Below, one piece after another: positions 50,000 to 59,837 of a stretch of DNA of 64,000 bases. The notes beneath the pieces were generated by a model. It saw only the letters and a program-made list of their open reading frames with translations, was not told the DNA's origin and did not search any database. The stretch is from an uncultured Gammaproteobacteria bacterium (lineage in GTDB: Bacteria; Pseudomonadota; Gammaproteobacteria; Pseudomonadales; Azotimanducaceae): the NCBI GenBank assembly GCA_913043815.1, contig CAJWNY010000003.1, positions 7,194 through 71,193 of the forward strand. Reading direction: 5' to 3'. Position 1 is the first letter of the stretch; every line of letters begins with the position of its first letter. The translations under genes were made by a program, and so were the position numbers.

Positions 50000-50689
50000 A
50001 TGAATACAAGACTGGTTTTGATGCTGGGGACTGCCTCAACTCTGTTAATGGCCGGCTGCCAGCCTGCAGGGCAAACTAAGCAAGAAGAAAAGTTTATGCC
50101 AGGCTCTGATCTGGACAGTGCGAGTTATGTTATTGGCTATACCCAAGCGAAAAATATTATTGAGCAAAGTAATAGTCTTGTCGAAATGAGTGCATTTATG
50201 CAGGGTGCAAAAGACGCTGTTGCAGGTACTGATTCGCAAGTGCCTTTGGAACAACAAGAGCAATATATGGCGGCACTTTCCGAAGCCCTGTTAGAAGAAA
50301 AAAACGCGTCGGGGGACAACTTCCGCGCAGAAAACTCGGCTAGGCCTGAAGTCACCACTTTAGAATCGGGTCTTCAGTATGAAGTATTAGTTGAAGGTAA
50401 CGGCCCTAAGCCTAGCGCGGAGGACACCGTAGTGACTCATTATCATGGTACTTTGACTGACGGCACGGTTTTTGACAGTTCGGTAGAGCGGGGCTCTCCT
50501 GCCAGCTTCCCCGTTAACAGAGTGATACCTGGATGGACTGAAGCACTGCAGTTGATGGGTGTGGGTTCTAAGTGGCGCTTGGTTATTCCGCCAGAATTAG
50601 CTTACGGCGAACGCGGAACGGGCGGCGCAATTCCACCCAACTCTACGCTGGTATTTGAGGTTGAATTACTGGAAATTGCCGCTGAGTAA
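50000..50689 (+). CDS. FKBP-type peptidyl-prolyl cis-trans isomerase (lipoprotein)
   Basis: Lipobox MAGC, SGLQY, HYHGTL, FDSS, VIPGWTEAL, LAYG, IPPNSTLVF. Confidence 0.94.
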   Translation: MNTRLVLMLGTASTLLMAGCQPAGQTKQEEKFMPGSDLDSASYVIGYTQAKNIIEQSNSLVEMSAFMQGAKDAVAGTDSQVPLEQQEQYMAALSEALLEEKNASGDNFRAENSARPEVTTLESGLQYEVLVEGNGPKPSAEDTVVTHYHGTLTDGTVFDSSVERGSPASFPVNRVIPGWTEALQLMGVGSKWRLVIPPELAYGERGTGGAIPPNSTLVFEVELLEIAAE

Positions 50690-50711
50690 AGCTTACTTTA
50701 GTTGTTGTCTC

Positions 50712-50750
50712 ATCCTCGACTGACTAGATGTTCTGGTCGGTCGGGGGTGG
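50712..50750 (+). terminator. Hairpin downstream of the FKBP gene
   Basis: CCTCGACTGACTAGA-loop-TCTGGTCGGTCGGGG stem with G-U pairs; no U-tract. Confidence 0.45.
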
Positions 50751-50855
50751 AGCAGGATTTGGAGTATGGTCCGTCAAATTTTCTTTTCGAAACCAAAGCG
50801 TCACATTGCCGCTACGACGTTTGACGTTGCGAGGGAGAACTTTAGCCAGCTATTC

Positions 50856-51519
50856 TTAGTCAAAAAGTAGATTCAGCGAATCTACGAACGCCGGTAACTG
50901 ATTTTAGTAATGGCGTACCCCTTTAAGATCGAAGCTATTTAAATCCAAGTTGTTGAAGTTAGCGCCGCGTAAATCGCCCCCTTTGAGTTTGCAATTTTGC
51001 GCTGAAATATCAAACATTTCGCGGTCTTTTAAATCTGCTCCGCTTAGATCTGAAAATCCAATAAGCATTCGGTCAATCGATTGTTGGAAAGCTTGCAGCC
51101 AATTAAAAGGGTATCGGACAAACTGCCATGGGGAAAATTATAGTCGGTGATTGTCAGCGCAGCCAAGTCTAAATGCCCACGGGTATTTTGAAATTTCCCA
51201 GGGATAAATCTGAGCCCTGCATCTGGCAGTCTTTAAAGGTCAGATCGTAACCAAGGCAATGATTAACGAGCGCCATATTTAGATCGCGATGTCTAAAAAC
51301 CGCTTGACGTAAATTAGCCCAAGCAACGCTTGCGGGTTCGACTGGGTCACTGTTACTGAGTTGGCATCGGTCAAATTGACGGTTAGTTAGGTTGGCGCCG
51401 CCGGAGATACTTCCAGCAAATTGGCAATCGCTAAAGGAGCAGTCAGTTAACTGTTGTCCGCTGAAGTCCTAATGGCGCAAATCTTGGTTTGTATAGCCTT
51501 TACCTATTTGTAGATCCTT
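50856..51519 (-). pseudogene. Qnr-like pentapeptide-repeat protein pseudogene
   Basis: Manual translation gives about 220 codons of pentapeptide repeats broken by TAG at 51469-71, 1-nt frameshifts near 51175 and 51055, and TAA at 50904-06; no start codon. Confidence 0.8.
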
Positions 51520-51669
51520 TGCTCGCCCAACCTTTTTTATTGTTTGAGTCTTATTTTTCGTTGGATGATAAGGCTATCTGGTTACGCTATTTATATTCAG
51601 GTGTTATTGGCTTTATCTTGCGCCCAGCGGGATTAGAGGCGATGCTGATCGACAGGTAAGGGGACAGTT

Positions 51670-52938
51670 TTGACACAAGCACAATCAATTTGGCAAAACC
51701 CTGGCTTTAGAGCTTATTTGGGTTCCACTGGTTTTTCAGGCATGGCCCTTGCTATGCAACAGTTGCTATTGAGTTGGATGCTTATTGGCATTTTGCAGTT
51801 GCCTGCAGATCAAGTGGGGCTTATTCAGGCCATTATTGGTATCCCCGGTGTTGTGCTGATGTTAATGGGTGGGGCGAGCGCTGATCGCCGCGACCCCAGA
51901 TCAATGCTGATAAAAGTCTATTTCGTTGCCCCTATTTTGCCGCTCTTTCTTATTTTTATGGAAATGTATCAGTTGTTGGGTGTTGCCACAGTGACGCTCT
52001 GGGGCTTAGGTATGAGTGTAGTTCAGTCCTATTCTATGCCGGGTCAGCAAGCGATTCTAAATCGCCTCACCAGTTCCTCAGTGCAGCAGGGTGTGACCGC
52101 AGCCACCGCCATAGGATTTGTGGTCCAAGTGGTGGGTCTAATTCTTGCCGGTCAGATGGACACCTTAGGTATATCGCCGGTGCTTGGCCTGCAGGCTTTT
52201 GGGCTCGTGCTGGCGGGTCTTATGATGATGCGAATTGCGCCAGTGCAACCTGCAGTTGCGTTTGTTGAGGGGACTTCTTCGCTGCAGGTCATACGCGATG
52301 GGTTGGCGGCAACGTACCGCAGCCCGATTATTTTTAATACGCTGCTGATTACTTTTAGTTCAAGTATTTTTAACGCCGGGTCTTTTATTACTGTATTCCC
52401 CTTTATCGTTAAACGTATTTACGACGGTGATGCGTGGTTGTTGGCTGTGCTTATGGCGGTATTTTTTGCCGGCGCTACTTTGTCTAATCTTATTTTGCTG
52501 CGTTATATGCCGCTTAAAGCTCCGGGCAGATTGTTTTTAATTATGCAGTTGTCCCGGATTTTAGTGATTTACCTGATGTGGATAGAACCCGCATTTTGGG
52601 TCATGGTAGTTGCCACCATCGGTTGGGGATTGAACATGGGTGTGACCACTAATCTGGCCCGGGCGATTGTTCAGGAGTCAGCGCCTAATGAATATCTTGG
52701 GCGGATCATGTCGGTGTTCAGTATTGGCATGGTGGGCAGTGCGCCAATAGGCGCGATTGTGCTGGGCTGGATGATTGAACGGTTTGGAACGCTCAATGCA
52801 CTAATTCCAGCGATGGCGTTGTCTCTGATACTGTTTCTTTACGGTGTATTTATGTCGCCCGTATGGGGTTACCGTAGCGCGGTTCCCCAAGTGGATGATT
52901 CTGAGTTTGCGGCGCCCGGTGATGCGGCAAATAGCTAG
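51670..52938 (+). CDS. MFS transporter
   Basis: GGASADRRDPR, about 12 TM helices, P.EYLGRIMS. Confidence 0.88.
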   Translation: MTQAQSIWQNPGFRAYLGSTGFSGMALAMQQLLLSWMLIGILQLPADQVGLIQAIIGIPGVVLMLMGGASADRRDPRSMLIKVYFVAPILPLFLIFMEMYQLLGVATVTLWGLGMSVVQSYSMPGQQAILNRLTSSSVQQGVTAATAIGFVVQVVGLILAGQMDTLGISPVLGLQAFGLVLAGLMMMRIAPVQPAVAFVEGTSSLQVIRDGLAATYRSPIIFNTLLITFSSSIFNAGSFITVFPFIVKRIYDGDAWLLAVLMAVFFAGATLSNLILLRYMPLKAPGRLFLIMQLSRILVIYLMWIEPAFWVMVVATIGWGLNMGVTTNLARAIVQESAPNEYLGRIMSVFSIGMVGSAPIGAIVLGWMIERFGTLNALIPAMALSLILFLYGVFMSPVWGYRSAVPQVDDSEFAAPGDAANS

Positions 52939-53114
52939 TCAGTAAATAGCGTAGTGAAAGTGGTCCCGACGAGTTTGCCAAATAGATCAAAGTGCGATTT
53001 AGGTTTTAGCAGTCTGTGAGCAAAGATCTTTGCAACATTTTGGTGTCCTAAGCACTGGCGCAACCGGTCTATCCCAACTACGCTGTCTTATTCACACGTC
53101 ACTAGAACGCTAAC

Positions 53115-53756
53115 ATGACCGATCTAATTCGCGATGTTCGTCGAGAATATAAATACGCTACTTTAAGCAGCGCCCAAATTGCAAAAAATCCGTTGGATCA
53201 GTTTATGCGCTGGATTGGTGAAGCTGAAAAAGCGAAGATTCAAGATGTCACCGCTATGGCTTTGGCTACATCGGATGCACGGGGTCAGCCTACTGTGCGA
53301 ATTGTGTTGCTCAAAGGCTTCGATGAAACGGGTTTTAGCTGGTTTTCTGATGGCGGCAGTGAGAAGGGTCAGGCTTTAGCGGCCAATCCTCGGGCGGAAC
53401 TGCTTTTTCATTGGCGTGAGTTGGATCGGCAAATTCGGATTCGCGGTGAAGTAGTGGCCTTGGGTTCAGTTGAAGCAGATACCTACTTCTATTCGCGGCC
53501 ATTAGCCAGCCAGTTGGCAGCTGCCACTTCTCAGCAAAGCCGGCCCGTAGGAAGTCGAGAAGAGTTAGAGCAGCGCTATAAAGATTTGGCGGTCCTGCAT
53601 ACAGATAGAGCGCCAAGACCAACGACGTGGGGTGGATTCAAGTTGCATCCGCAAGCTTACGAGTTTTGGCAGGGGCGCGAAGGTCGGCTACATGACCGTT
53701 TGCAGTTTAAGCGTGATGCTGAGGAACAATGGCGGGTACAAAGATTGCAACCCTAG
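53115..53756 (+). CDS. pdxH: Pyridoxine/pyridoxamine 5'-phosphate oxidase
   Basis: RREY, RIVLLKG, RQIRIRG, SRPLASQ, EFWQGR..RLHDR, RLQP. Confidence 0.95.
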   Translation: MTDLIRDVRREYKYATLSSAQIAKNPLDQFMRWIGEAEKAKIQDVTAMALATSDARGQPTVRIVLLKGFDETGFSWFSDGGSEKGQALAANPRAELLFHWRELDRQIRIRGEVVALGSVEADTYFYSRPLASQLAAATSQQSRPVGSREELEQRYKDLAVLHTDRAPRPTTWGGFKLHPQAYEFWQGREGRLHDRLQFKRDAEEQWRVQRLQP

Positions 53757-53805
53757 GGCCCCAGTTGAGCTTTCTCTCTTCGGCGGGCCCTCTTGCGAGG
53801 CGAGG

Positions 53806-54990
53806 CTAGTCAGGTAAGCCCAATACTCGCTTGGCAATTATGTTCAGTTGTACTTCTTTGGTTCCGCCTGCAATGGTTAAAGACTTTTGTTTCAGCCAAT
53901 CTCTCGTGGCATCTATTTCTTGAGTCTTAAAGCCAATGGTCTCCCAGCCAATACCTTGGGTCCCCATGGCTGCTACCAGAATTTCATCGCCTTCCTGGGT
54001 AATCAGGGCGTTAGACAATTTTACGGCAGAAGAAGCAAAGCCCGGTGCGCTGGCTGCAGTTTCTTCAATGACGCGCTTCTGGGTTAGACGCTGGGCAGTA
54101 AAGGCCATTTGATGGTTAAGCAGGCGGAGGCGTAAAGTAGCGTCTGCGATTTGGCCATTTACTAGAGGACTGTATTGTTGTACCTGTTTGGGCAGTGGGC
54201 TGTCGCTTGAGCGGCCGCCTTGTGAGCCAGACGTATTAATGCCCGCGTGAGTGGAGCGCTCGAATTGCAGTAATCGTTTGCCTACTGTCCAGCCATTGTT
54301 CACGCCACCAATCACATCATTAGCGGGCGCTATGGCATTTTCAAAATTGGTTTCGTTAAAAGGCGATGCTCCGCTAAGTAGGCGCACTGGAGTGACGGCC
54401 ACTTCAGGCTGAGACATATCTACCAAAATTAGGCTGATACCTAAGTGTTGCGGTGCCGTTGGATTAGTGCGGGCAAGCACAAAAATGTAGTCGCAATCCA
54501 TTGCGTCCGATGTCCACACTTTACGTCCGTTAAGTATGTAATGGTCGCCCTTCAGTTCGGCCTTACAGGCCAAGCTCGCTAGGTCTGAACCGGCGCCCGG
54601 CTCTGAGTATCCCATAGCCCAGCCGCCCTCACCCCGTGCGATGCCTGGCAGCCAACGCGCTTTTTGGTCATCGGTCCCCATTTCTAAAATTGTGGGTCCA
54701 ATATAGTTCACGCCACGTCCGGTCAGCGGGGTTCTGGCATTTATACGTTTTAGTTCGTCAATCAAAATTGGATAAAGGTCTTTGTCTAGACCTGCTCCGC
54801 CATATTCAACCGGCCACGTGGGAACTGTCCACCCGCGCTCGGCCATGCTTTCAAGCCAAAGTTTGCTGTCTGCATTGAGTTCTACTTTGGTGCTGCCCCA
54901 GGGTATTTGACCATCGCCACGGGCACCTGCCGGACAATTTTCTGCCAACCATGCTCTGGTTTCGTTTCTGAAATTTTCTGATTTGTTCAT
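53806..54990 (-). CDS. Acyl-CoA dehydrogenase (FadE-like)
   Basis: GYSEPGAGSDLASL, NGRKVWTS, TIAGGTKEVQLNIIAKRVLGLP. Confidence 0.93.
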   Translation of the reverse strand: MNKSENFRNETRAWLAENCPAGARGDGQIPWGSTKVELNADSKLWLESMAERGWTVPTWPVEYGGAGLDKDLYPILIDELKRINARTPLTGRGVNYIGPTILEMGTDDQKARWLPGIARGEGGWAMGYSEPGAGSDLASLACKAELKGDHYILNGRKVWTSDAMDCDYIFVLARTNPTAPQHLGISLILVDMSQPEVAVTPVRLLSGASPFNETNFENAIAPANDVIGGVNNGWTVGKRLLQFERSTHAGINTSGSQGGRSSDSPLPKQVQQYSPLVNGQIADATLRLRLLNHQMAFTAQRLTQKRVIEETAASAPGFASSAVKLSNALITQEGDEILVAAMGTQGIGWETIGFKTQEIDATRDWLKQKSLTIAGGTKEVQLNIIAKRVLGLPD

Positions 54991-55104
54991 GCTCTACTCA
55001 TTTTGTCTGGTTAAGCTTACGTGTAGGAGAGAAAGAAAGAAGGGAGGGAGGCGGGGCCTTATTTAAGACCAACCTATCGCACCTTAATCGCTGTTAATCA
55101 CACT

Positions 55105-55826
55105 CTAATTGCATAGAGGAGCAATGCGTTTGCCGACCATGGCAAGACAAAAAATCTCCGGGCATTGTTGGGCACGCAGGGCCATATCTGCAGTGCTAAT
55201 GTCTTTTGGATTAACAGGCTTGCCCACCAATTTGCTGCTAGAAACTGATGCTTCTTTGCACACAACAAACTGATATAGCTCTGGCTGGCGTTGCACTATT
55301 TCTGCATATACCGCCTCTAACTGAGCTTGTTTTCGCTCTGGTGCTCGCTCGCCGTCCTCGTCGTCTGTTCGCTTTATAAGTGTTGTGAACAGAGCGTCCG
55401 AGCGGTACCAGTAGAGTCTAAAAACCCCTGCGTCGCGCTTTAAGACTGCGCCCTCTTGGATTTTTTTGCCGTTAGTGTTCCTTGCGGTAAGCCGTATTTC
55501 TACAAATTCACCGCATAACTCTTGACGGCCCTGTCCGTAGCATTTGAGCAGCGTACTGCTGGTTATTGTGCGGCTCCCTGGTTCTATTTGTGCTGCGTGT
55601 TCATACATATCAGCGCAGCTTGCGTCGTGAAATTTAACTAGGCCAAAAGCATGGCAGCTAGGTGGGTTGTCTGTGGCTGCTGCTGAAAACCAGTCATTCA
55701 AAGCTGTTATAGCAAGAGTTTTTATGGCTTCATCGTTCTCGCCGCAGGCGCCTAGGGTAAAAGCTAGTCCCAAAGTGCAAAGAGCAGTGCGAAGGGCGTG
55801 CCGAAATTTTTGCGAGGCAAAATCAT
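55105..55826 (-). CDS. Cys-rich hypothetical lipoprotein; start codon out of frame with the body
   Basis: Lipobox LGAC, 8 further Cys. The only ATG with an RBS (55826) is +1 relative to the main ORF. Confidence 0.6.
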
Positions 55827-55937
55827 TGCTGTTGTTACCTATAATGCAGGACGCTAATTGGACTAAACCTCGGTGCAATTGCAACCCCCGGTGTTTAAGC
55901 CGGTGCGCTTTGGGTTGCGGTGAATGTCTAAATTTAA

Positions 55938-57176
55938 CTAGACGCGCTCTATTATGATGGCTGGTGCCATTCCGCCGCCAGTGCACATAGTAATGAGACC
56001 AGTGCTTAGGTCTCGGCGCTCTAACTCATCGAGCATGGTTCCAATCAGTATTGAACCTGTCGCAGCAATGGGGTGCCCCAGTGCCATAGCGCCGCCATTG
56101 ACGTTAACTTTGGCCGGGTCAAGACCCAAGTCGCGAATGAACTTTGCAGCCACTACGGAGAAGGCTTCGTTGATTTCAAACAGGTCGATATCGTCTACGG
56201 TCATGCCTACTCTAGCTAAAGCTTTTCTTGCTGCAGGTACTGGCTCGTTAAGCATGAGGGTTGGATCGCCACCGACTGTTGCCATTGAGATAATTCTCGC
56301 GCGTGGTTTCCACCCGACTTTGTCTGCATAGGCTTTGTTACTTAAAATCAGAGCCGCCGCGCCGTCTACAACACCCGAGCTATTGCCTGCGTGGTGTACG
56401 TGGTTAATATCCAGATCTGGGTACTTGCGAGCCACTAACTGGCGGAAGGTTTCGCCGCCATTATCTACTGCCGCGTCCATGAACTGAGAGAAAACCGTGG
56501 GCAGTGCGGCCAAGGTTCCCATAGTAGTGCCAGGGCGTGGGAATTCCTCACGATCTAGGGCAAGGGTGCCGTCGTCGTTAAATACAGGAATAACGCTCTT
56601 ATCGAAGTAGCCATTCGCAACCGCGTGCTGTGCTCGAATTTGGCTTTCAACGGCTAGGGCATCCAGCTCCTCTCTACTGAAATTTTCTAGTGTAGCAATC
56701 ATGTCTGCACACACACCTTGGTGTGGCTGAGGGTGCAGGTCGCGCAAATGTAAGTTGCCGCCGTCTACTGTTCTGTTGCCGTATTCTGGTGTCAGCGTTG
56801 CAGTGTAAGACATCATCTCAACGCCGCCTGCGACACATAGGTCGTCCATGCCGCTCATGATATTAGCGGCCGCTAAGTTCACAGAGGTAATGCCAGAACC
56901 GCAGAAGCGATCTAAGGTAACCGCAGATGCTGAGGTGTCCCAGCCTGCGTCTAATGCAGCCATACGGCCAACGCAGGAACCTTGCTTACCCACTTGTGAG
57001 CTGCAACCTACAACTACATCGTCGATGTCTGCGGTGTTCAGATCGTTGCGGCTTTGAATGCCTTCAAAGACTTTAGCCAGTAGGCGGCTTGGATGGAATT
57101 CTGATAGTGAGCCTTTACCTGCTTTGCCTATGCCGCGAGGTGTTCTGGCTGCGTCGATAATATATGCATCTGTCAT
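55938..57176 (-). CDS. Acetyl-CoA C-acyltransferase (thiolase)
   Basis: RTPRG, RFCGSG, GNSSGVVDGA, NEAF, GHPIAATG, CTGGG. Confidence 0.95.
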   Translation of the reverse strand: MTDAYIIDAARTPRGIGKAGKGSLSEFHPSRLLAKVFEGIQSRNDLNTADIDDVVVGCSSQVGKQGSCVGRMAALDAGWDTSASAVTLDRFCGSGITSVNLAAANIMSGMDDLCVAGGVEMMSYTATLTPEYGNRTVDGGNLHLRDLHPQPHQGVCADMIATLENFSREELDALAVESQIRAQHAVANGYFDKSVIPVFNDDGTLALDREEFPRPGTTMGTLAALPTVFSQFMDAAVDNGGETFRQLVARKYPDLDINHVHHAGNSSGVVDGAAALILSNKAYADKVGWKPRARIISMATVGGDPTLMLNEPVPAARKALARVGMTVDDIDLFEINEAFSVVAAKFIRDLGLDPAKVNVNGGAMALGHPIAATGSILIGTMLDELERRDLSTGLITMCTGGGMAPAIIIERV

Positions 57177-57251
57177 TTTATTTTCCCTAACAAAAGATTG
57201 ATTAATTATTGGTGATTGTTGATGTTTGTTTGGCTCGTCTTGAGTGAAGCT

Positions 57252-58085
57252 TTATTGGCCTTTAAAATCCGCTTCTCTTTTTTCCATAAACGACTCCATG
57301 CCTTCCTTGAAATCATCAGATTGGAACAACGGTAAAAGCTGCAAAAACACATGATGCACGTGGTCGTTGAAAGTCTCGTTCATACTCATACGCATCATGC
57401 GCTTAGAAGACTGTACGGCAAGCGGAGCCATAGCTGCAATTTGCTCGGCCATTTCTAGGGCACGGGCACCCACTTCATTCGTGTTGACCACATGAGACAC
57501 AAGGCCCATTTCTTCGCATTCTGAGGCGATCAAAGTTTTGCCGGTAAAGATAATTTCGCTGGCTTTTGACCATCCAATGAGTCTTGGCAAAATCCAGGTG
57601 CCACCAGATTCTGGCACCACACCCCGAGCAGTAAATGCAGCGGCCAGTTTTGCGTTATCTGCCATTATTCTAATGTCACAGCCCAATGCCAAATCCATAC
57701 CGTAACCCGCAGCTGAGCCATTCAGTGCTGCGATGGTGGGGGTGTCGATATTGTGCAACACCGTAGGCGGGGTGTTGCGCAGGTCAAGTGTGGTAGGGCT
57801 CCTGCGCTTTTTATCCGCTAAATTATTAGTAATGTCGCTGCCGCGTAAATCTAAGCCGGCACAAAAGAATTTGCCGGTGCCGGTAACAATGATTGCGCGT
57901 ACATCTGCGTCTTGATCAGCAGCTAATAACATTTCACTTAACTTATTCAACATGACGCCGGAGATAGTGTTTTGTTGTTCTGGTCGGTTGAAGGTAATGG
58001 TGGCGACATGATCTTTCACTTTGTAAAGCATGGCTTCACCGCCAGCGTTTATTGCAGTTAGTTGGTCTGTGGATGTGTTGGACAT
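57252..58085 (-). CDS. Enoyl-CoA hydratase/isomerase family protein
   Basis: FNRPEQQN, FCAGLDL, AAGYGMD, VPESGG, EKREADFKG. Confidence 0.92.
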   Translation of the reverse strand: MSNTSTDQLTAINAGGEAMLYKVKDHVATITFNRPEQQNTISGVMLNKLSEMLLAADQDADVRAIIVTGTGKFFCAGLDLRGSDITNNLADKKRRSPTTLDLRNTPPTVLHNIDTPTIAALNGSAAGYGMDLALGCDIRIMADNAKLAAAFTARGVVPESGGTWILPRLIGWSKASEIIFTGKTLIASECEEMGLVSHVVNTNEVGARALEMAEQIAAMAPLAVQSSKRMMRMSMNETFNDHVHHVFLQLLPLFQSDDFKEGMESFMEKREADFKGQ

Positions 58086-58160
58086 GATTTATTCCATTTG
58101 TTGCTGATTGGGTGAGTTGGCGAGGCCCTTATTTACTTTGCGCTATGGCCAATTGGCGCA

Positions 58161-58964
58161 CTACTTAGCCTCGCGCTCGGGCATTTTTTCTTCGCTGATG
58201 GCATAGCCTGCCTCAGTGGGGATACATAAATAGTTACCATCTTCACGTTTTTCTGTCCAAGGCAAGACGGGTACCACTGTGCTGTCCACTGTATTGCTAA
58301 TGGCTTCTTCTGGGCTGCGCCATGCTGCGAGCTTTTCTAAGTTGCGCAGCGTAGGGAAAATAATCGTGCGCTTGCCCAGCGCTTCTTCCTTCACCGCATC
58401 CGCGGGCGGAATCCAAACTGAATCTACAGATTCGTAACCGTCGTGCACTGCTAAGTGGTCAGCTGGCGCGAGCGCAAGGTAAAAGTGGGTATCAAAGCGC
58501 TTGGGCATCATTGGCGGTGTAATCCAATGCGCAAAATGGGTGAGTTCGTTACATGCTAAAACGAGGTTTTGTTGCTGTAAAAAGTCGATGAGTGAAATTT
58601 CACCTTTGTTCATGGGTTCTCGAAATTCTTGCAGTGAGGCAAGTCTTTCGCCGGTGATCATGGTGTTTGAACCTTTTTCTCGCGCCAACAAAATACCACA
58701 TTCTTCAAATGCCTCGCGGATGGCGCTAACCTGGGCAGCACGCATGTCTGTGTCGGTATTTGCACCGTCCAAATGGGGTATCAGATCTTCGGCAAAATCT
58801 TGGGGGTCTGCTTTACCGCCGGGAAAGACTAATGCTCCCGAGGCAAAGTCTATTTGGTGGTTTCGAACGACCATGAAAACCTCTAGGTCGCTGACACCCT
58901 GTCTGAGAAGCAAGATGGTTGCGGCTGGCTTCGGTGCTGATGCAGTTGCTGATACGTCAGACAT
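58161..58964 (-). CDS. NUDIX hydrolase (NUDT19-like, possible acyl-CoA diphosphatase)
   Basis: PAATILLLR, VFPGGK, AIREAFEECG, HWITP, KRFDTHF. Confidence 0.88.
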   Translation of the reverse strand: MSDVSATASAPKPAATILLLRQGVSDLEVFMVVRNHQIDFASGALVFPGGKADPQDFAEDLIPHLDGANTDTDMRAAQVSAIREAFEECGILLAREKGSNTMITGERLASLQEFREPMNKGEISLIDFLQQQNLVLACNELTHFAHWITPPMMPKRFDTHFYLALAPADHLAVHDGYESVDSVWIPPADAVKEEALGKRTIIFPTLRNLEKLAAWRSPEEAISNTVDSTVVPVLPWTEKREDGNYLCIPTEAGYAISEEKMPEREAK

Positions 58965-59145
58965 TTGTTTCCCCCTTAAATTAGTCAGCTAGGTGCGTGC
59001 TTGTTGTTGCACAAAAGGTTCCTAGTCTAAATATGCCGAAGTCGGCAATTATTGATCCTCGTAATCGCTTACTTGTCGTAAGATTTCTTTGCTAACTCAA
59101 CGCCTCTCTGAGCTCATACTATATTGCTATCTCCAATAATTTTAG

Positions 59146-59157
59146 CTGGTCGACCAG
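59146..59157. promoter_or_regulatory. Perfect palindrome, candidate operator
   Basis: CTGGTCGACCAG in the divergent intergenic region. Confidence 0.35.
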
Positions 59158-59361
59158 TGCTAAATTTTTCTAATTACTATCGACCGCGTGACGGGTGTAA
59201 GTATAAATTCAACGATGGATGTTCGCTTATGTTCGGGCGTATGGCAAACTTAGGTTTAGTAACCGCATCACGTTGTCCGGTCTAGTTCTTGCGAACAAGA
59301 TCCAATTGCTTTGTGGTTAGTGATCAGTCTGAACCTAGTCTAAAAATTGAATCAATAGCTT

Positions 59362-59745
59362 ATGCCTCTTATCTTAACGATCTTAGTGACGCTCATTGTC
59401 ATAATTTATATACGTTCGAATAAGCGTGCTAAGCAACAGTGGCTGACGACCTTAGATTTGCCCGGGCGCTGGGTTCTGCAAACCGCTGAAGGCTATCTGC
59501 AACTCCAAGGGGGTCTCAGCGAGGGTACTTTCACCATGCAGGCGGAAGATGTTGACGAGCAGGAAGTGCGCAGTGGTAACTGGCATTTCTCAGGTAATTT
59601 GTTGGTGTTATCCACTCAGACTGGGCGACGCAGTTTTAAGGTCAATTTTTTCCGTGCTGGAGTAGTGAGCTTAGAGGATCCTGATGGCACGGCAATGCTG
59701 TACCACAAGGCTGCTACTAACGTAGTGCCGATTGGCACCAGCTAG
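59362..59745 (+). CDS. Hypothetical membrane-anchored protein (beta-rich)
   Basis: N-terminal TM helix plus basic patch, LDLPGRW, SGNW, NVVP tail. Confidence 0.7.
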   Translation: MPLILTILVTLIVIIYIRSNKRAKQQWLTTLDLPGRWVLQTAEGYLQLQGGLSEGTFTMQAEDVDEQEVRSGNWHFSGNLLVLSTQTGRRSFKVNFFRAGVVSLEDPDGTAMLYHKAATNVVPIGTS

Positions 59746-59837
59746 TTCTCATTAATCAAATATATACTTACGTATTCCAACTGAATTAGTTGATCGAGCT
59801 GACAAAGAAACAAAGAATCAATAACAAGGGGAAGGGT

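Noticed and set aside
50950-51150. 66-aa plus-strand ORF
   Set aside because: Antisense shadow of the Qnr-like pseudogene.
55026-55056. Polypurine tract GGAGAGAAAGAAAGAAGGGAGGGAGG
   Set aside because: Short low-complexity intergenic run with no repeat unit or second copy.
58501-58992. 163-aa plus-strand ORF and similar antisense ORFs across the window
   Set aside because: They mirror the codon structure of well-supported opposite-strand genes.
59221-59234. GTTC-N6-GTTC resembling an alphaproteobacterial LexA box
   Set aside because: Spacing is 6 rather than 7, and the neighbours are not SOS genes.
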